Assembly: GCA_044337935.1 (NCBI GenBank)
Contig: JBIIMQ010000001.1
Location: 1-42,597 of the forward strand
Direction: 5' to 3'
Length of the DNA: 42,597 bases
Source of the DNA: Candidatus Nitrotoga sp.
Lineage (GTDB): Bacteria > Pseudomonadota > Gammaproteobacteria > Burkholderiales > Gallionellaceae
This document shows, piece after piece, positions 20,793-31,870 of the stretch; position 1 is the stretch's first letter, and every line of letters begins with the position of its first letter. The translations under genes and the position numbers were made by a program. A model generated the notes under the pieces. It made no database searches, was not told the DNA's origin, and worked only from the letters and a program-made list of their open reading frames with translations.

Positions 20793-21026
20793 TTATTCCT
20801 TAAGCTGACGTGCCCAAGTACTGGCGTCCGCTATATCCTTCTTTGAAATACCTAGTCTAATTAATTTGTTACGTACGTCATCAGCGCTTTGGATTAAATC
20901 CGGCGCTGTGGCGGCGGTGCTATCAATTTCAACGCGCGCAGGATTGATAGTCGCTGCTTGAGTTGTTATCTCATCTGTGGGCATGGTTAGATCGGGTGGA
21001 GTTGTTGTGACGTGCAGGGTGGTCAT
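20793..21026 (-). CDS. Divergent AbrB/MazE-like antitoxin homologue
   Basis: Ends 1 bp before the PIN start. C-terminus IQSADDVRNKLIRLGISKKDIADASTWAR resembles antitoxins paired with this PIN family; LTMP echoes the AbrB LTLP motif. Confidence 0.65.
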   Translation of the reverse strand: MTTLHVTTTPPDLTMPTDEITTQAATINPARVEIDSTAATAPDLIQSADDVRNKLIRLGISKKDIADASTWARQLKE

Positions 21027-21338
21027 TTAGTAGTGACCGGTCAAAGTAAACCTTCGGCGAAATTGTACTGGAGAAATTGGGTGTGTGCAACTAACTCATT
21101 GTCCGATAAAGATTAGGTGGGCGTTGTTGGCTATGGTATTGCCGGGTGTGAGAGCCATAAAATATGTGTCATGTTTGTCTAGGGGGGCGAATTTTTAACT
21201 GATTGTTGGGGGATGGGGAATTAATTTTTGAGGATGTTGCTTGATAAAAGTGACCGACTTGGTGGCAAAGATGACCTCTGCAAGAGGATATTAGGGTGTG
21301 GAACCGTTGAAATAGCATGGGGGATGATTTTTCTCCTG

Positions 21339-21367
21339 TTGCCCTAAACAGGGCAGTGCGGCATAAT
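21339..21367 (+). promoter_or_regulatory. Candidate sigma70 promoter of the tkt-gap-pgk-pyk-fba operon, with an internal palindrome
   Basis: TTGCCC-N17-CATAAT about 70 bp upstream of the tkt ATG; TGCCCT-AAAC-AGGGCA inverted repeat at 21340-21355. Confidence 0.5.
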
Positions 21368-21439
21368 TAACCTTTGTCTGTTGTAATTTTTTGCAATAAT
21401 ATTTATTTATTCTTCAAAGATGTTCAGGAGGTTAGTGAG

Positions 21440-23455
21440 ATGGCTGCGGCGCGTAAAGTAAACCCCCCCAAGTTTAATGATATAACTGGAGCGATCCGCG
21501 CTTTGGCAATGGACGCAGTTCAAAAAGCAAACTCCGGTCATCCTGGTGCCCCTATGGGCATGGCAGAAATCGCTGAGGTGCTGTGGATTCACCACTTGCG
21601 CCATAATCCGGCCAACCCTAAATGGGTCGACCGTGACCGTTTCGTGTTTTCCAACGGGCATGGATCAATGCTGATTTATGCCTTGCTGCATTTGACCGGT
21701 TATGACTTGCCAATGGATGAATTGAAGCGCTTCCGTCAATTGCATTCCAAGACTCCGGGTCATCCAGAATATGGGTATACCGCAGGTGTTGAAACCACCA
21801 CGGGGCCATTGGGCCAAGGTATTACCAATGCGGTGGGTTTCGCGTTGGCGGAGAAATTGCTGGCGGCCGAGTTTAACCGTCCTGGTCATGAGATTGTTAA
21901 TCACTATACGTATGTTTTCCTCGGTGATGGCTGCATGATGGAAGGTGTTTCGCATGAATCTTGCGCATTGGCAGGTACGTGGGGGTTGGGTAAATTAATT
22001 GCGTTCTGGGATGATAATGGCATTTCCATTGATGGTCATGTTGAAGCTTGGTTTACCGATGATACTGCCAAGCGTTTTGAATCGTATGGCTGGCACGTGA
22101 TTGCTGATGTTGAGGGTCATGATTCTAGTGCAATAGATGCCGCTATCAAGGCCGCAAAAGAAGTTACCGATAAGCCGACGTTGATTTGCTGCAAGACTAT
22201 TATTGGTGCGGGCTCTCCCAATAAGGCGGGTACACATGATGTGCATGGTGCCGCATTGGGTGATGCGGAAATTGCTGCCACACGCGAATATATCGGTTGG
22301 AAATATCCTCCGTTCGAGATTCCTGCCCACGTTTATCAGGCATGGGATGCGCGCACCAAGGGTGAGGGGCTGGAGAAATTGTGGGACAATAAATTTGCCG
22401 AATATCGCAAGGCGTTCCCTCAAGAGGCAGCTGAGTTTGAGCGGAGAATGAAAGGCGACTTGCCGGAGAATTGGGCTCAACACGCGGCAAGCATGATAGC
22501 CAAAACCAATGAGAAGGCGGAAACCATTGCCTCACGTAAGGCATCACAGAATGCAATTAACGGTTTGGTGGCGGCACTTCCTGAATTCCTTGGCGGCTCG
22601 GCGGATTTGACGGGTTCGAATTTGACCAACTGGTCAGGCGCCAAGCATATCCATGGGAAATCGACAGGAAACTATATTAGCTACGGAGTGCGTGAATTCG
22701 GTATGTCAGCCGTTATGAATGGTGTGGCGTTACACGGCGGTTTACTACCATTTGGCGGTACTTTCTTGATGTTCTCGGAATATGCGCGTAATGCATTGCG
22801 CATGGCTGCATTGATGAAACAACGCGTGATTTTTGTATACACGCATGATTCTATCGGGTTGGGTGAAGACGGACCAACTCACCAGCCGGTGGAACAAACG
22901 GCCACATTGCGTTATATCCCCAACATGGATGTTTGGCGCCCTTGCGATACGGTAGAGTCTGCGGTGTCGTGGGTTGTTGCGGTTGAGCGTAAAGCCGGGC
23001 CAAGCAGTTTGATTTTCAGTCGCCAGAATTTGGCATTCCAAACACGTAATGAGGCTCAAATTGCTGATATTCGTAAGGGCGGATATGTGTTGTCGGAGGC
23101 AGCCAATGGTCAGCCACAGGCATTTATTATCGCGACAGGTTCCGAGGTGGCGCTGGCAATGGATGCACAAAAAGCGTTGGCTCAGGATGGTGTCCACGTA
23201 CGCGTAGTTTCCATGCCCTCAACCAATGTGTTTGATCGTCAGGATCAGGCATACAAGGACAGAGTATTGCCAAAGGGTGGCAAGCGTGTGGCCGTTGAAG
23301 CCGGAGTTACCGGGTTCTGGTATAAATACGTAGGGTTGGATGGTGCGGTCGTTGGAATGGATACTTTTGGCGAATCTGCTCCGGCAGGTGAATTATTCAA
23401 GCACTTTGGCATTACCGTAGAGAATGTAGTGAAAGCTGTGAAAGGCGTACTCTAA
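21440..23455 (+). CDS. tkt: Transketolase
   Basis: [22 protein letters not shown] motif [24 protein letters not shown]; AGGAGG RBS before ATG 21440. Confidence 0.98.
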   Translation: MAAARKVNPPKFNDITGAIRALAMDAVQKANSGHPGAPMGMAEIAEVLWIHHLRHNPANPKWVDRDRFVFSNGHGSMLIYALLHLTGYDLPMDELKRFRQLHSKTPGHPEYGYTAGVETTTGPLGQGITNAVGFALAEKLLAAEFNRPGHEIVNHYTYVFLGDGCMMEGVSHESCALAGTWGLGKLIAFWDDNGISIDGHVEAWFTDDTAKRFESYGWHVIADVEGHDSSAIDAAIKAAKEVTDKPTLICCKTIIGAGSPNKAGTHDVHGAALGDAEIAATREYIGWKYPPFEIPAHVYQAWDARTKGEGLEKLWDNKFAEYRKAFPQEAAEFERRMKGDLPENWAQHAASMIAKTNEKAETIASRKASQNAINGLVAALPEFLGGSADLTGSNLTNWSGAKHIHGKSTGNYISYGVREFGMSAVMNGVALHGGLLPFGGTFLMFSEYARNALRMAALMKQRVIFVYTHDSIGLGEDGPTHQPVEQTATLRYIPNMDVWRPCDTVESAVSWVVAVERKAGPSSLIFSRQNLAFQTRNEAQIADIRKGGYVLSEAANGQPQAFIIATGSEVALAMDAQKALAQDGVHVRVVSMPSTNVFDRQDQAYKDRVLPKGGKRVAVEAGVTGFWYKYVGLDGAVVGMDTFGESAPAGELFKHFGITVENVVKAVKGVL

Positions 23456-23735
23456 TTTTCCAAGTGACAATATGACCGACTTTTTGGGCGTTGCTTGAAG
23501 GTCGTTCATCGAGAAATAAAATACAAATAGGTGGTGGGTTTCGTGCGGTAACGTTCGCAAAGCTTGGCATATCCGTGTGTTGTGTGTAAGTGGCGATATG
23601 GATTGGGTTGGGCTGTCATTGTTTGTGGCAGACATTCATAATGTGCCGAGAGTTGGTTGTTTGATCCAGCTACAGAATTTACAGGCAGTATCAGGGAGTT
23701 TTTCTGAACAATTACAATTACTATTTTAGATATAG

Positions 23736-24749
<1,014 letters not shown>

Positions 24750-24758
24750 ATATGTATC

Positions 24759-24786
24759 AAAGGTGAGGATGTCCCTCACCTTTTTT
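24759..24786 (+). terminator. Rho-independent terminator-like hairpin between gap and pgk
   Basis: AAAGGTGAGG-ATGTC-CCTCACCTTT ending in a T6 tract. Confidence 0.75.
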
Positions 24787-24826
24787 GCGTTTTCTGTTTC
24801 ACCTCGATGCTTAATTGGAGAAAGAA

Positions 24827-26011
24827 TTGTCTGTAATTAAAATGACCGACTTGGATCTCAAGGGTAAACGTGTCCTGATCCGCGAAGATTTGAATGTTCC
24901 ACAGGCAGATGACGGAACAGTAACCGACGATACACGTATCCGGGCGAGCATGCCAACTATCCGGCATGCCATGGAGGCGGGTGCAAAAGTAATGTTAATG
25001 TCCCATCTTGGCCGCCCCGAAGAGGGTGTGTATTCAGAAGTAGACTCTCTGAAGCCTGTAGCCGAGCGTTTGTCCAGTTTGTTAGGTACAAAGATTCGGG
25101 TAATTAAGGATTGGTTGGACGGTGATTTTACTGTTGCCGATGGTGAAGTCGTATTGTTTGAAAACGTGCGCTTCAACAAAGGGGAAGGCAAAAATAACGA
25201 TGAACTTTCCCAAAAAATGGCTAAGCTGTGTGATATCTACGCGATGGATGCGTTTGGTACTGCACATCGCGCGCAGGCTTCTACCCATGGGGTGGCAAAG
25301 TATGCGCCGGTAGCATGTGCGGGTCCGCTTTTGGCGGCAGAGTTGGATGCATTGGGTAAGGCATTGAAAAATCCGGCGCACCCACTGATCGCTATTGTTG
25401 GAGGCTCCAAGGTCTCAACCAAATTAACGGTGCTGGAGTCGTTGTCGCACATTGTGGATCAATTGATCGTTGGTGGCGGGATAGCCAATACCTTTATTAA
25501 AGCGGCAGGTTATAACGTCGGTAAATCCCTTTATGAACCAGATTTGGTAGCCGAAGCGCAGCGTTTAATGCAGGCTGCCAAAGCTAAGGGTGGGTCGATA
25601 CCGGTGCCCACTGACGTGGTTGTGGGCAAGAAGTTTGATGCCAATGAACCTGCAGTGGTTAAAAAAGTGGCGGATATTACCGATGACGATATGATTTTTG
25701 ATATTGGCCCGGAAACTGCCCAAACATATGCAACGTACCTTAAGAAAGCTGCGACTATTGTATGGAATGGCCCTGTAGGAGTATTTGAATTTGATCAATT
25801 TGGTGCCGGGACCAAGGAATTGGGGATGGCAATTGCGGAAAGCCCCGCGTTTTCTATTGCTGGCGGGGGAGATACGCTGGCGGCGATAGCCAAGTACAAA
25901 ATTAGTGATCAAGTCAGCTATATTTCAACGGGTGGTGGAGCCTTTTTAGAGTTTCTTGAAGGTAAAAAATTACCTGCGGTCGAAATTCTTGAGCAACGTG
26001 CTGCGAACTAA
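24827..26011 (+). CDS. pgk: Phosphoglycerate kinase
   Basis: [42 protein letters not shown] 24827 sits 6 nt after GGAG and gives the canonical [11 protein letters not shown] start. Confidence 0.98.
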   Translation: MSVIKMTDLDLKGKRVLIREDLNVPQADDGTVTDDTRIRASMPTIRHAMEAGAKVMLMSHLGRPEEGVYSEVDSLKPVAERLSSLLGTKIRVIKDWLDGDFTVADGEVVLFENVRFNKGEGKNNDELSQKMAKLCDIYAMDAFGTAHRAQASTHGVAKYAPVACAGPLLAAELDALGKALKNPAHPLIAIVGGSKVSTKLTVLESLSHIVDQLIVGGGIANTFIKAAGYNVGKSLYEPDLVAEAQRLMQAAKAKGGSIPVPTDVVVGKKFDANEPAVVKKVADITDDDMIFDIGPETAQTYATYLKKAATIVWNGPVGVFEFDQFGAGTKELGMAIAESPAFSIAGGGDTLAAIAKYKISDQVSYISTGGGAFLEFLEGKKLPAVEILEQRAAN

Positions 26012-26033
26012 AGTAAATAATAACGAGAAGCTT

Positions 26034-27473
26034 ATGTTACGCAGAACCAAGATTGTTGCCACTCTGGGGCCAGCTTCCAGCGATCAGAAAGTGTTGGAGC
26101 AAATGATTCTTGCCGGCGTGGATTTGGTGCGCATGAATTTTTCTCATGGCTCGGCTGAAGATCATGTAGCGCGTGTTGCAAAGGTACGAGCGGCAGCGGC
26201 GGCATGTGGTCGTGTGGTGGGAATTCTAGCCGATCTGCAAGGCCCAAAAATTCGGGTGGGCAAGATTGAGAATGACAAGATTATTCTCAAACAAGGAGAT
26301 ACGTTTATTCTTGATGCGGAATGGACGGGTCTTGGTAATCAGGAACGCGTAGGTCTTGACTACAAGGATCTGCCCAAGGATGTCAGCAAAGGTTCGGTAT
26401 TGTTATTGAACGATGGCATGCTGGAATTTGATGTGGTCGAAGTTCAGGGCGCGCAAATTATTTGTAAAGTTGTGTGTGGCGGTGTGCTGTCAAACAACAA
26501 GGGCATCAATCGCAAGGGCGGTGGTTTGACTGCTCCTGCGCTTACCGATAAAGACAAGGAAGATATCAAAACCGCTGCTTTGATTAAAGCAGACTATTTG
26601 GCGGTTTCCTTCCCACGTTCGGCTGATGACATGAACTTGGCACGCGAGTTGATGCAAGCGGCTGGCGGCAATAGTTTATTAATGGCTAAAATTGAGCGTG
26701 CAGAAGCCATTGCAGTACTGGATGAAATTATTGATGCGTCCGATGCCATTATGGTTGCTCGGGGTGACCTTTCCGTGGAAGTGGGAGATGCAGCGGTTCC
26801 GGGGTTACAAAAGCGCATGATCCGTATGGCGCGTGCCAAAAACAAGCTGGTGATTACTGCCACGCAGATGATGGAATCCATGATCACCAATCCGATTCCT
26901 ACGCGTGCGGAAGTATCGGATGTGGCAAACGCAGTACTGGACGGTACTGACGCGGTAATGTTATCGGCAGAAACTGCGGTGGGTGATTATCCGATTGAAA
27001 CCATTAAATCCATGGCGCGTATCTGTGTCAGTGCAGAAAGTGAAATGGAGGATACCGTCACCAGTCATCGGCTGATACAAACGAAATTTGCACGGATTGA
27101 TCAGGCGATTGCCATGTCCGCGTTATATGCAGCTTCCCACTGTACAATTAAAGCAATCGTGGCGTTGACCCAATCAGGTTCGACCCCTCTGTGGATGTCC
27201 CGTGTGAATGCAAGAGTGCCAATTTTTGCGCTAACGCCGACGGAATCAACTTTAAGTAAAGTAACTTTATTCAGCGGGGTGCATCCGATTGCATTTAATA
27301 CGACCTCTACACTGCCATCAGTAGAGTTGCGTGCTGCGGAGGACGAGCTGGTGCGTTTGGGGTTGGTACAAGAAGGTGACATGATTGTAATGACAATAGG
27401 TGAGGCTGTTGGTAAGGCTGGGCATACCAACACCATGAAAATTGTCCGGGTTGGCGATCACCAAGGACAATAA
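26034..27473 (+). CDS. pyk: Pyruvate kinase (PykA type)
   Basis: MLRRTKIVATLGP, DLQGPKIR, MVARGDL, ATQMMESM, DAVMLSAETA. Confidence 0.97.
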   Translation: MLRRTKIVATLGPASSDQKVLEQMILAGVDLVRMNFSHGSAEDHVARVAKVRAAAAACGRVVGILADLQGPKIRVGKIENDKIILKQGDTFILDAEWTGLGNQERVGLDYKDLPKDVSKGSVLLLNDGMLEFDVVEVQGAQIICKVVCGGVLSNNKGINRKGGGLTAPALTDKDKEDIKTAALIKADYLAVSFPRSADDMNLARELMQAAGGNSLLMAKIERAEAIAVLDEIIDASDAIMVARGDLSVEVGDAAVPGLQKRMIRMARAKNKLVITATQMMESMITNPIPTRAEVSDVANAVLDGTDAVMLSAETAVGDYPIETIKSMARICVSAESEMEDTVTSHRLIQTKFARIDQAIAMSALYAASHCTIKAIVALTQSGSTPLWMSRVNARVPIFALTPTESTLSKVTLFSGVHPIAFNTTSTLPSVELRAAEDELVRLGLVQEGDMIVMTIGEAVGKAGHTNTMKIVRVGDHQGQ

Positions 27474-27561
27474 AGTGTTGAAGGACTATTGATTTTTGTA
27501 CTTCGCTGAATATTGGTTTTAGATTTTGTTCGATAACTTTTAAATTTGTTAGGAGAGAAAA

Positions 27562-28626
27562 ATGGCACTTGTTTCATTACGCCAGCTGCTGGATCACGCA
27601 GCCGAGAACGGATACGGTTTGCCCGCATTCAATGTCAACAATTTGGAACAGGTCAAGGCAATCATGGAAGCGGCGGATGAAACCAACAGCCCGGTGATTA
27701 TGCAGGGTTCGGCTGGTGCCCGCAAATATGCGGGGGAAGCGTTTTTACGGCACTTGATTATTGCTGCAGTAGAAACTTATCCGCATATTCCGATAGTGAT
27801 GCATCAAGATCACGGTGCTTCCCCGGCGGTATGTGTCAATGCCATTCGGTCCGGATTTTCCAGCGTAATGATGGATGGTTCGTTAAAGGAAGATGCCAAG
27901 ACGCCATCGTCATATGAATATAACGTTGAGGTAACTAGTAGAGTGGTTGATATTTCCCATGCAGTGGGTGTATCGGTAGAGGGTGAGTTAGGTTGCCTGG
28001 GTTCGCTTGAAACCGGTATGGGTGAGCAGGAAGACGGACAAGGTGCGGAAGGTAAGTTGGATCACTCCCAATTATTAACTGATCCGGAAGAAGCAGCTGA
28101 TTTTGTACGGAAAACAGGTGTAGATGCGTTGGCAATAGCCATCGGTACTTCGCATGGTGCATATAAATTTACCCGTCCACCCACAGGTGATATTTTGGCT
28201 ATTGATCGTGTTAAAGCGATTCATGCCCGTATTCCCAACACTCATTTGGTAATGCATGGGTCTTCTTCTGTACCGCAAGAATGGTTGAAGATTATCGACC
28301 AATATGGCGGTGATATGGGGGAAACGTATGGCGTACCTGTTTCGGAAATTGTTGAGGGTATTAAGCACGGCGTGCGAAAAGTTAACATCGACACGGATTT
28401 GCGCATGGCATCCACTGGTGCGGTTCGTCGTCATTTGGCAAAAAATCCGAAAAATTTCGATCCACGTAAATTCCTGGCAGATTCGACTATAGCCATGAAG
28501 GAGATTTGCAAGGCGCGGTATGAAGCTTTTGGTTCTGCCGGACAAGCATCCAAAATCAAGCCTATTTCACTGGATGCTATGGCCACTAGATACTTGAAGG
28601 GTGAGTTAAAGGCCATCATTAAATAA
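27562..28626 (+). CDS. fba: Fructose-bisphosphate aldolase class II (CbbA / Calvin-cycle subtype)
   Basis: [45 protein letters not shown]. Confidence 0.97.
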   Translation: MALVSLRQLLDHAAENGYGLPAFNVNNLEQVKAIMEAADETNSPVIMQGSAGARKYAGEAFLRHLIIAAVETYPHIPIVMHQDHGASPAVCVNAIRSGFSSVMMDGSLKEDAKTPSSYEYNVEVTSRVVDISHAVGVSVEGELGCLGSLETGMGEQEDGQGAEGKLDHSQLLTDPEEAADFVRKTGVDALAIAIGTSHGAYKFTRPPTGDILAIDRVKAIHARIPNTHLVMHGSSSVPQEWLKIIDQYGGDMGETYGVPVSEIVEGIKHGVRKVNIDTDLRMASTGAVRRHLAKNPKNFDPRKFLADSTIAMKEICKARYEAFGSAGQASKIKPISLDAMATRYLKGELKAIIK

Positions 28627-28640
28627 ATTTGTGATGCAGG

Positions 28641-28680
28641 TAAACTGAAGAAGCGGTTTTTAAACCGCTTTTTTAGTTTA
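28641..28680 (+). terminator. Rho-independent terminator after fba
   Basis: AAGCGGTT-TTTA-AACCGCTT followed by TTTT, flanked by outer TAAACT/AGTTTA pairing. Confidence 0.8.
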
Positions 28681-28847
28681 TAGAGTGAAACAATGTGATC
28701 ATCAGCTTTTGGATGGGACGGATAAAAAAGGTAATGGGTTGCTATACCCTGCTGGTTTGATTTGCATTCATCAAAATTGTGTTTTATCGTTGAGCCTAGT
28801 TCGGGTGTCATTGAAATTATCGTAAACGTGAATTCCATATAAATAGT

Positions 28848-29186
28848 ATGCAATATGTACAAAGTCGCCCTCTTTCTTCGCATATAAACGAATTTGAAGA
28901 CTATAACGAAGTAAAGAAAACCGTTGAAGTTAAAGCTGTTAAGCCGGTGTCAGAGCACGCTGAGCCGCAACAGCTTATTCGCCAATTCTCCCAACCTGAA
29001 CAGCAACAAACACGTTCTAAATCAATAGAAAAACGAAAAACCGGATCGTATCAAGGTGATCGCCGGGTAATGTGCCGTCGTATTAAAAATCAACCTCTGC
29101 TGTGTGAGCTTCGTTCAAAAACGGATCGGCGCCGGCGTCAACAAAGAAAATCGGATGTGGCGGAACATATCGATGAGGTAGTTTAG
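28848..29186 (+). CDS. Hypothetical basic protein with repeated D/E-R-R motifs
   Basis: 112-aa ORF filling the gap after the fba terminator; GDRRVMCRR and TDRRRRQQR segments, C-terminal HIDEVV. Confidence 0.65.
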   Translation: MQYVQSRPLSSHINEFEDYNEVKKTVEVKAVKPVSEHAEPQQLIRQFSQPEQQQTRSKSIEKRKTGSYQGDRRVMCRRIKNQPLLCELRSKTDRRRRQQRKSDVAEHIDEVV

Positions 29187-29267
29187 GGAAACATTGAGCT
29201 ACTCTTAAATCCTAATGAGATTTTGAATTATCAGGTAGGGGCAGCCGATTTTGGGGATGTAATCGTG

Positions 29268-29424
29268 CTTAAGAGGGTTTTTGAACGTATCGATTGCCTC
29301 AGCGATTATCTTATGACTAGATAAGTTTTGTTGTCGCAGCACCACGATCAGTAAGAGATACCCTAGTACGCTTAACTTGCAGTGAAAAATTACAGCGAAA
29401 ATGTAGAGCTGTACGTGTCTGCAT
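29268..29424 (-). pseudogene. nsrR: Possible decayed nsrR (Rrf2-family) N-terminal fragment
   Basis: Translation VQL..F...LSVLGYL...LRQQNLSSHKIIAEAIDTFKNPLK aligns by eye with the NsrR pattern MQLT.F.DY.LRVLMYL...L.TI.EIAEAY.ISKNHLMK. Divergent from ncgA, where nsrR sits in Nitrosomonas europaea. No GGxxL wing or C-terminal Cys cluster follows. Confidence 0.45.
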
Positions 29425-29613
29425 TCGCAGATTTTCCCCCTACGCAAATTTGTGTAAGTCATTAAGCCCGTCATGCGGCTAGGGCTAATATTTTCGATTA
29501 AACAAATTAAGTTGTTCCCGTGAAAGTCGATAACGACTTTTTGGGGTACGGGCGTTATTTATTGCAAATTCGAAAGCAATATATTTTTGTGTAATAAATT
29601 AGCTATAAGGCAC

Positions 29614-29655
29614 TTGACTTCATTTTTAATTAAAGATACATTTAAAATGATTGTT
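29614..29655 (+). promoter_or_regulatory. sigma70 promoter of ncgABC-nirK overlapped by an NsrR-type operator
   Basis: TTGACT(29614-19)-N17-TACATT(29637-42); 11-1-11 site AAGATACATTT-A-AAATGATTGTT (29633-29655) versus NsrR consensus AAGATGCATTT-N-AAATGCATCTT. Confidence 0.65.
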
Positions 29656-29696
29656 ATTGATGCGGTTTGAAAACAAAAAAACGGGTGACAATTAAA

Positions 29697-30776
29697 ATGA
29701 AAGTGCCTCTGAATATATTGAATAAAGTAACTGTGATTGGCTTTTTTAAAAATATTTCCATATTTTGTATTTTGGCAGGAGCCGCCACATTGAGCTGGGC
29801 AGAGCAGCGTGAATTCAACTTGAGTATTGAAGAAGTTACGGTAGAAGTGGCTCCAGGTTTTTCCAATAAAGTTTTTGCGTTTAATGGGCAGGTGCCTGCA
29901 CCGCTCATTCATGTCAAAGAAGGGGATGATGTGATGGTGCATGTCGCCAATAACACCACTCTCCCTCATACGATTCACTGGCACGGGGTTAATCAGACTG
30001 GTACTTGGCAACATGATGGCGTGCCGGGTGTTTCGCAGGAAGCAATTCAGCCTGGTGAATCATATACTTATAAATTCAATGTCGATCGTCCCGGAACATT
30101 GTGGTATCACTGCCATGTAAATGTCTGGGAGCATGTGGCGATGCGCGGGATGTGGGGGCCGCTGATTGTTGATCCAAAAAATCCAAGTGAACTCGAGAAA
30201 GAGGTGACGCTGGATGCTGTTTTAATGATGAGTACCTGGCAGTCTCCGTATGCCAACGTGTATGGCAAAGGAGGCAGTCCTCAGGATGTTTCTGATTATT
30301 TTTCTGTAAACGCAAAATCTTTCCCATTTACCCAGCCAATCAGGGTTAAAAAGGGAGATGTATTGAGAATGCGTTTTATTGGTGCCGGGGATGAAACTCA
30401 TCAAATGCATATGCATGGCCACGATATGCTCGTTACGCATAAAGACGGGTATCCGCTTGCCAACCCATACTACGTGGATACTGTTCCGGTAGGGCCAGGT
30501 GAGCGGTATGACGTGATTGTTAAAATGAATAATCCGGGACTTTTCGTGATGCATGACCACGTTGACAAGCATATGTCGAATAACGGTGCTTCGATGGGCG
30601 GGCCCATGACCGTTTTTGAGTATGAAGGAGTTAAGGTGGATGATTGGTATGTGTGGAAGGATAAAGTATATGACCCTAATTTTTTTTACAGTGTGTCACT
30701 TAAGCAGGGATATGGGCTTTTCAACAGCGCGCCATTCATGGGTAAAGTTGTCGAACAGGGGAAGAGAAGGAGATAA
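29697..30776 (+). CDS. ncgA: Periplasmic two-domain multicopper oxidase (type C, NcgA / blue copper oxidase-like)
   Basis: Signal peptide ending SWA|EQREF; HTIHWHG, WYHCH..H....M (T1 site in domain 1), HQMHMHGH, MHDHVDKH (no Cys in domain 2). First gene of the nirK cluster. Start ATG 29697 (TTG 29667 possible). Confidence 0.9.
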   Translation: MKVPLNILNKVTVIGFFKNISIFCILAGAATLSWAEQREFNLSIEEVTVEVAPGFSNKVFAFNGQVPAPLIHVKEGDDVMVHVANNTTLPHTIHWHGVNQTGTWQHDGVPGVSQEAIQPGESYTYKFNVDRPGTLWYHCHVNVWEHVAMRGMWGPLIVDPKNPSELEKEVTLDAVLMMSTWQSPYANVYGKGGSPQDVSDYFSVNAKSFPFTQPIRVKKGDVLRMRFIGAGDETHQMHMHGHDMLVTHKDGYPLANPYYVDTVPVGPGERYDVIVKMNNPGLFVMHDHVDKHMSNNGASMGGPMTVFEYEGVKVDDWYVWKDKVYDPNFFYSVSLKQGYGLFNSAPFMGKVVEQGKRRR

Positions 30777-30778
30777 AT

Positions 30779-31453
30779 ATGAAGCGGATAATTTTAGTTG
30801 CCTTGCTTGGCTTTTCTGGCGCAGCCTTTGCCGAGGGAATGCTTCAGGGGAGCTGTTCCGCGTGTCATAACGTTAAGGGGCCAGCCGCGCAAACCTTGAA
30901 GGCTGTTTTTGAGAAAAAAGGACCGGATCTTTTCTACGCGGGTAATAAATATCGACAGGAATGGCTAGTGTCTTGGTTGCAAAAGCCAAGCCGAATTCGT
31001 CCGGCTGGAATGTTATATGGGCATATCAAGGCCGGGGCAAAAGGGGATGAAATTGATGCTTCGGCACTGAAGGATCATGTTGCACTTTCCAAAGCCGATG
31101 CCACTTCGGTTGCAGCCGAGTTGATGAAGCTGAAACCGCATGATGATTTGATCGCTAAAGAAAAAATTGAGCCCGGTACGATATCAAAACAAATGGGGGA
31201 AATGGCTTTCAATAAATTTTTGGGTTGCATGGCTTGCCACTTGATTGAGCCTGAATATGGTGGCATGTCGGGGCCGGAGGTATATACCGCAGCCAAGCGT
31301 TTGCAACCGCAATATATCGCGAGCTTTATCCGGTCTCCTCAGGCGTGGGATCCAAAATCAATGATGCCAAATAAAAATTTGTCGGATGTAAATATACAGA
31401 AAATGGTTCGCTATCTTGATGTACTGAGTAAGGAGACTGCAAATGGCAACTAA
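30779..31453 (+). CDS. ncgB: Dihaem cytochrome c (NcgB-like)
   Basis: Signal peptide; CSACH and CMACH; GPDLFYAGNKY; 2 bp after ncgA. Confidence 0.88.
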   Translation: MKRIILVALLGFSGAAFAEGMLQGSCSACHNVKGPAAQTLKAVFEKKGPDLFYAGNKYRQEWLVSWLQKPSRIRPAGMLYGHIKAGAKGDEIDASALKDHVALSKADATSVAAELMKLKPHDDLIAKEKIEPGTISKQMGEMAFNKFLGCMACHLIEPEYGGMSGPEVYTAAKRLQPQYIASFIRSPQAWDPKSMMPNKNLSDVNIQKMVRYLDVLSKETANGN

Positions 31454-31793
31454 AATATTTTTGTCACTATTGGTAGCAGTTTTCTCTGCCCAGGCGTATG
31501 CCGGGGAGGTCGCGGCTGATAATTACAAAGCTTATTGTGTTCAATGTCATGGTAGTGAAGGGAACGGAAAAGGTGTAAACGTTCGTGATATGTCGGTTAT
31601 ACCGCGTGATCATACGGATACGAAATCAATGTCGGGTCGCTCGGATGAAACATTATTCAAAGCAATTAAAGAGGGGGGGGCATCTATTGATAAATCTGTA
31701 CTGATGCCTCCTTGGGGGGCAACTTTAAGTGACGAGGAAATCAAAGAGTTGGTTCAGCATTTGCGGATGCTATGCAAATGTAAATTTAGCTAA
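31443..31793 (+). CDS. ncgC: Monohaem cytochrome c (NcgC-like)
   Basis: Signal peptide AYA|, CVQCH, distal MPPW, C-terminal LCKC; overlaps the ncgB stop. Confidence 0.88.
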   Translation: MATKIFLSLLVAVFSAQAYAGEVAADNYKAYCVQCHGSEGNGKGVNVRDMSVIPRDHTDTKSMSGRSDETLFKAIKEGGASIDKSVLMPPWGATLSDEEIKELVQHLRMLCKCKFS

Positions 31794-31870
31794 TGAGGTT
31801 AGTAGCTCGAGGCTGGTGTTAAGGAAAGTGCAATTTTGTAGTTAACATTAAATAAAAGAGGGGAATAAAA

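Noticed and set aside
21381-21396. HexR-like TGTAAT...TGCA site in the tkt leader
   Set aside because: Length and right arm deviate from the consensus, and the region is AT-rich.
28757-28774. TTGAT...ATCAA upstream of the 112-aa ORF
   Set aside because: The spacer is 8 nt, not the 4 nt FNR requires.
29559-30014. 151-aa minus-strand ORF divergent from and overlapping ncgA, about the size of NsrR
   Set aside because: Mostly antisense to ncgA and lacks Rrf2 motifs; the nsrR-like signal is further upstream at 29268-29424.
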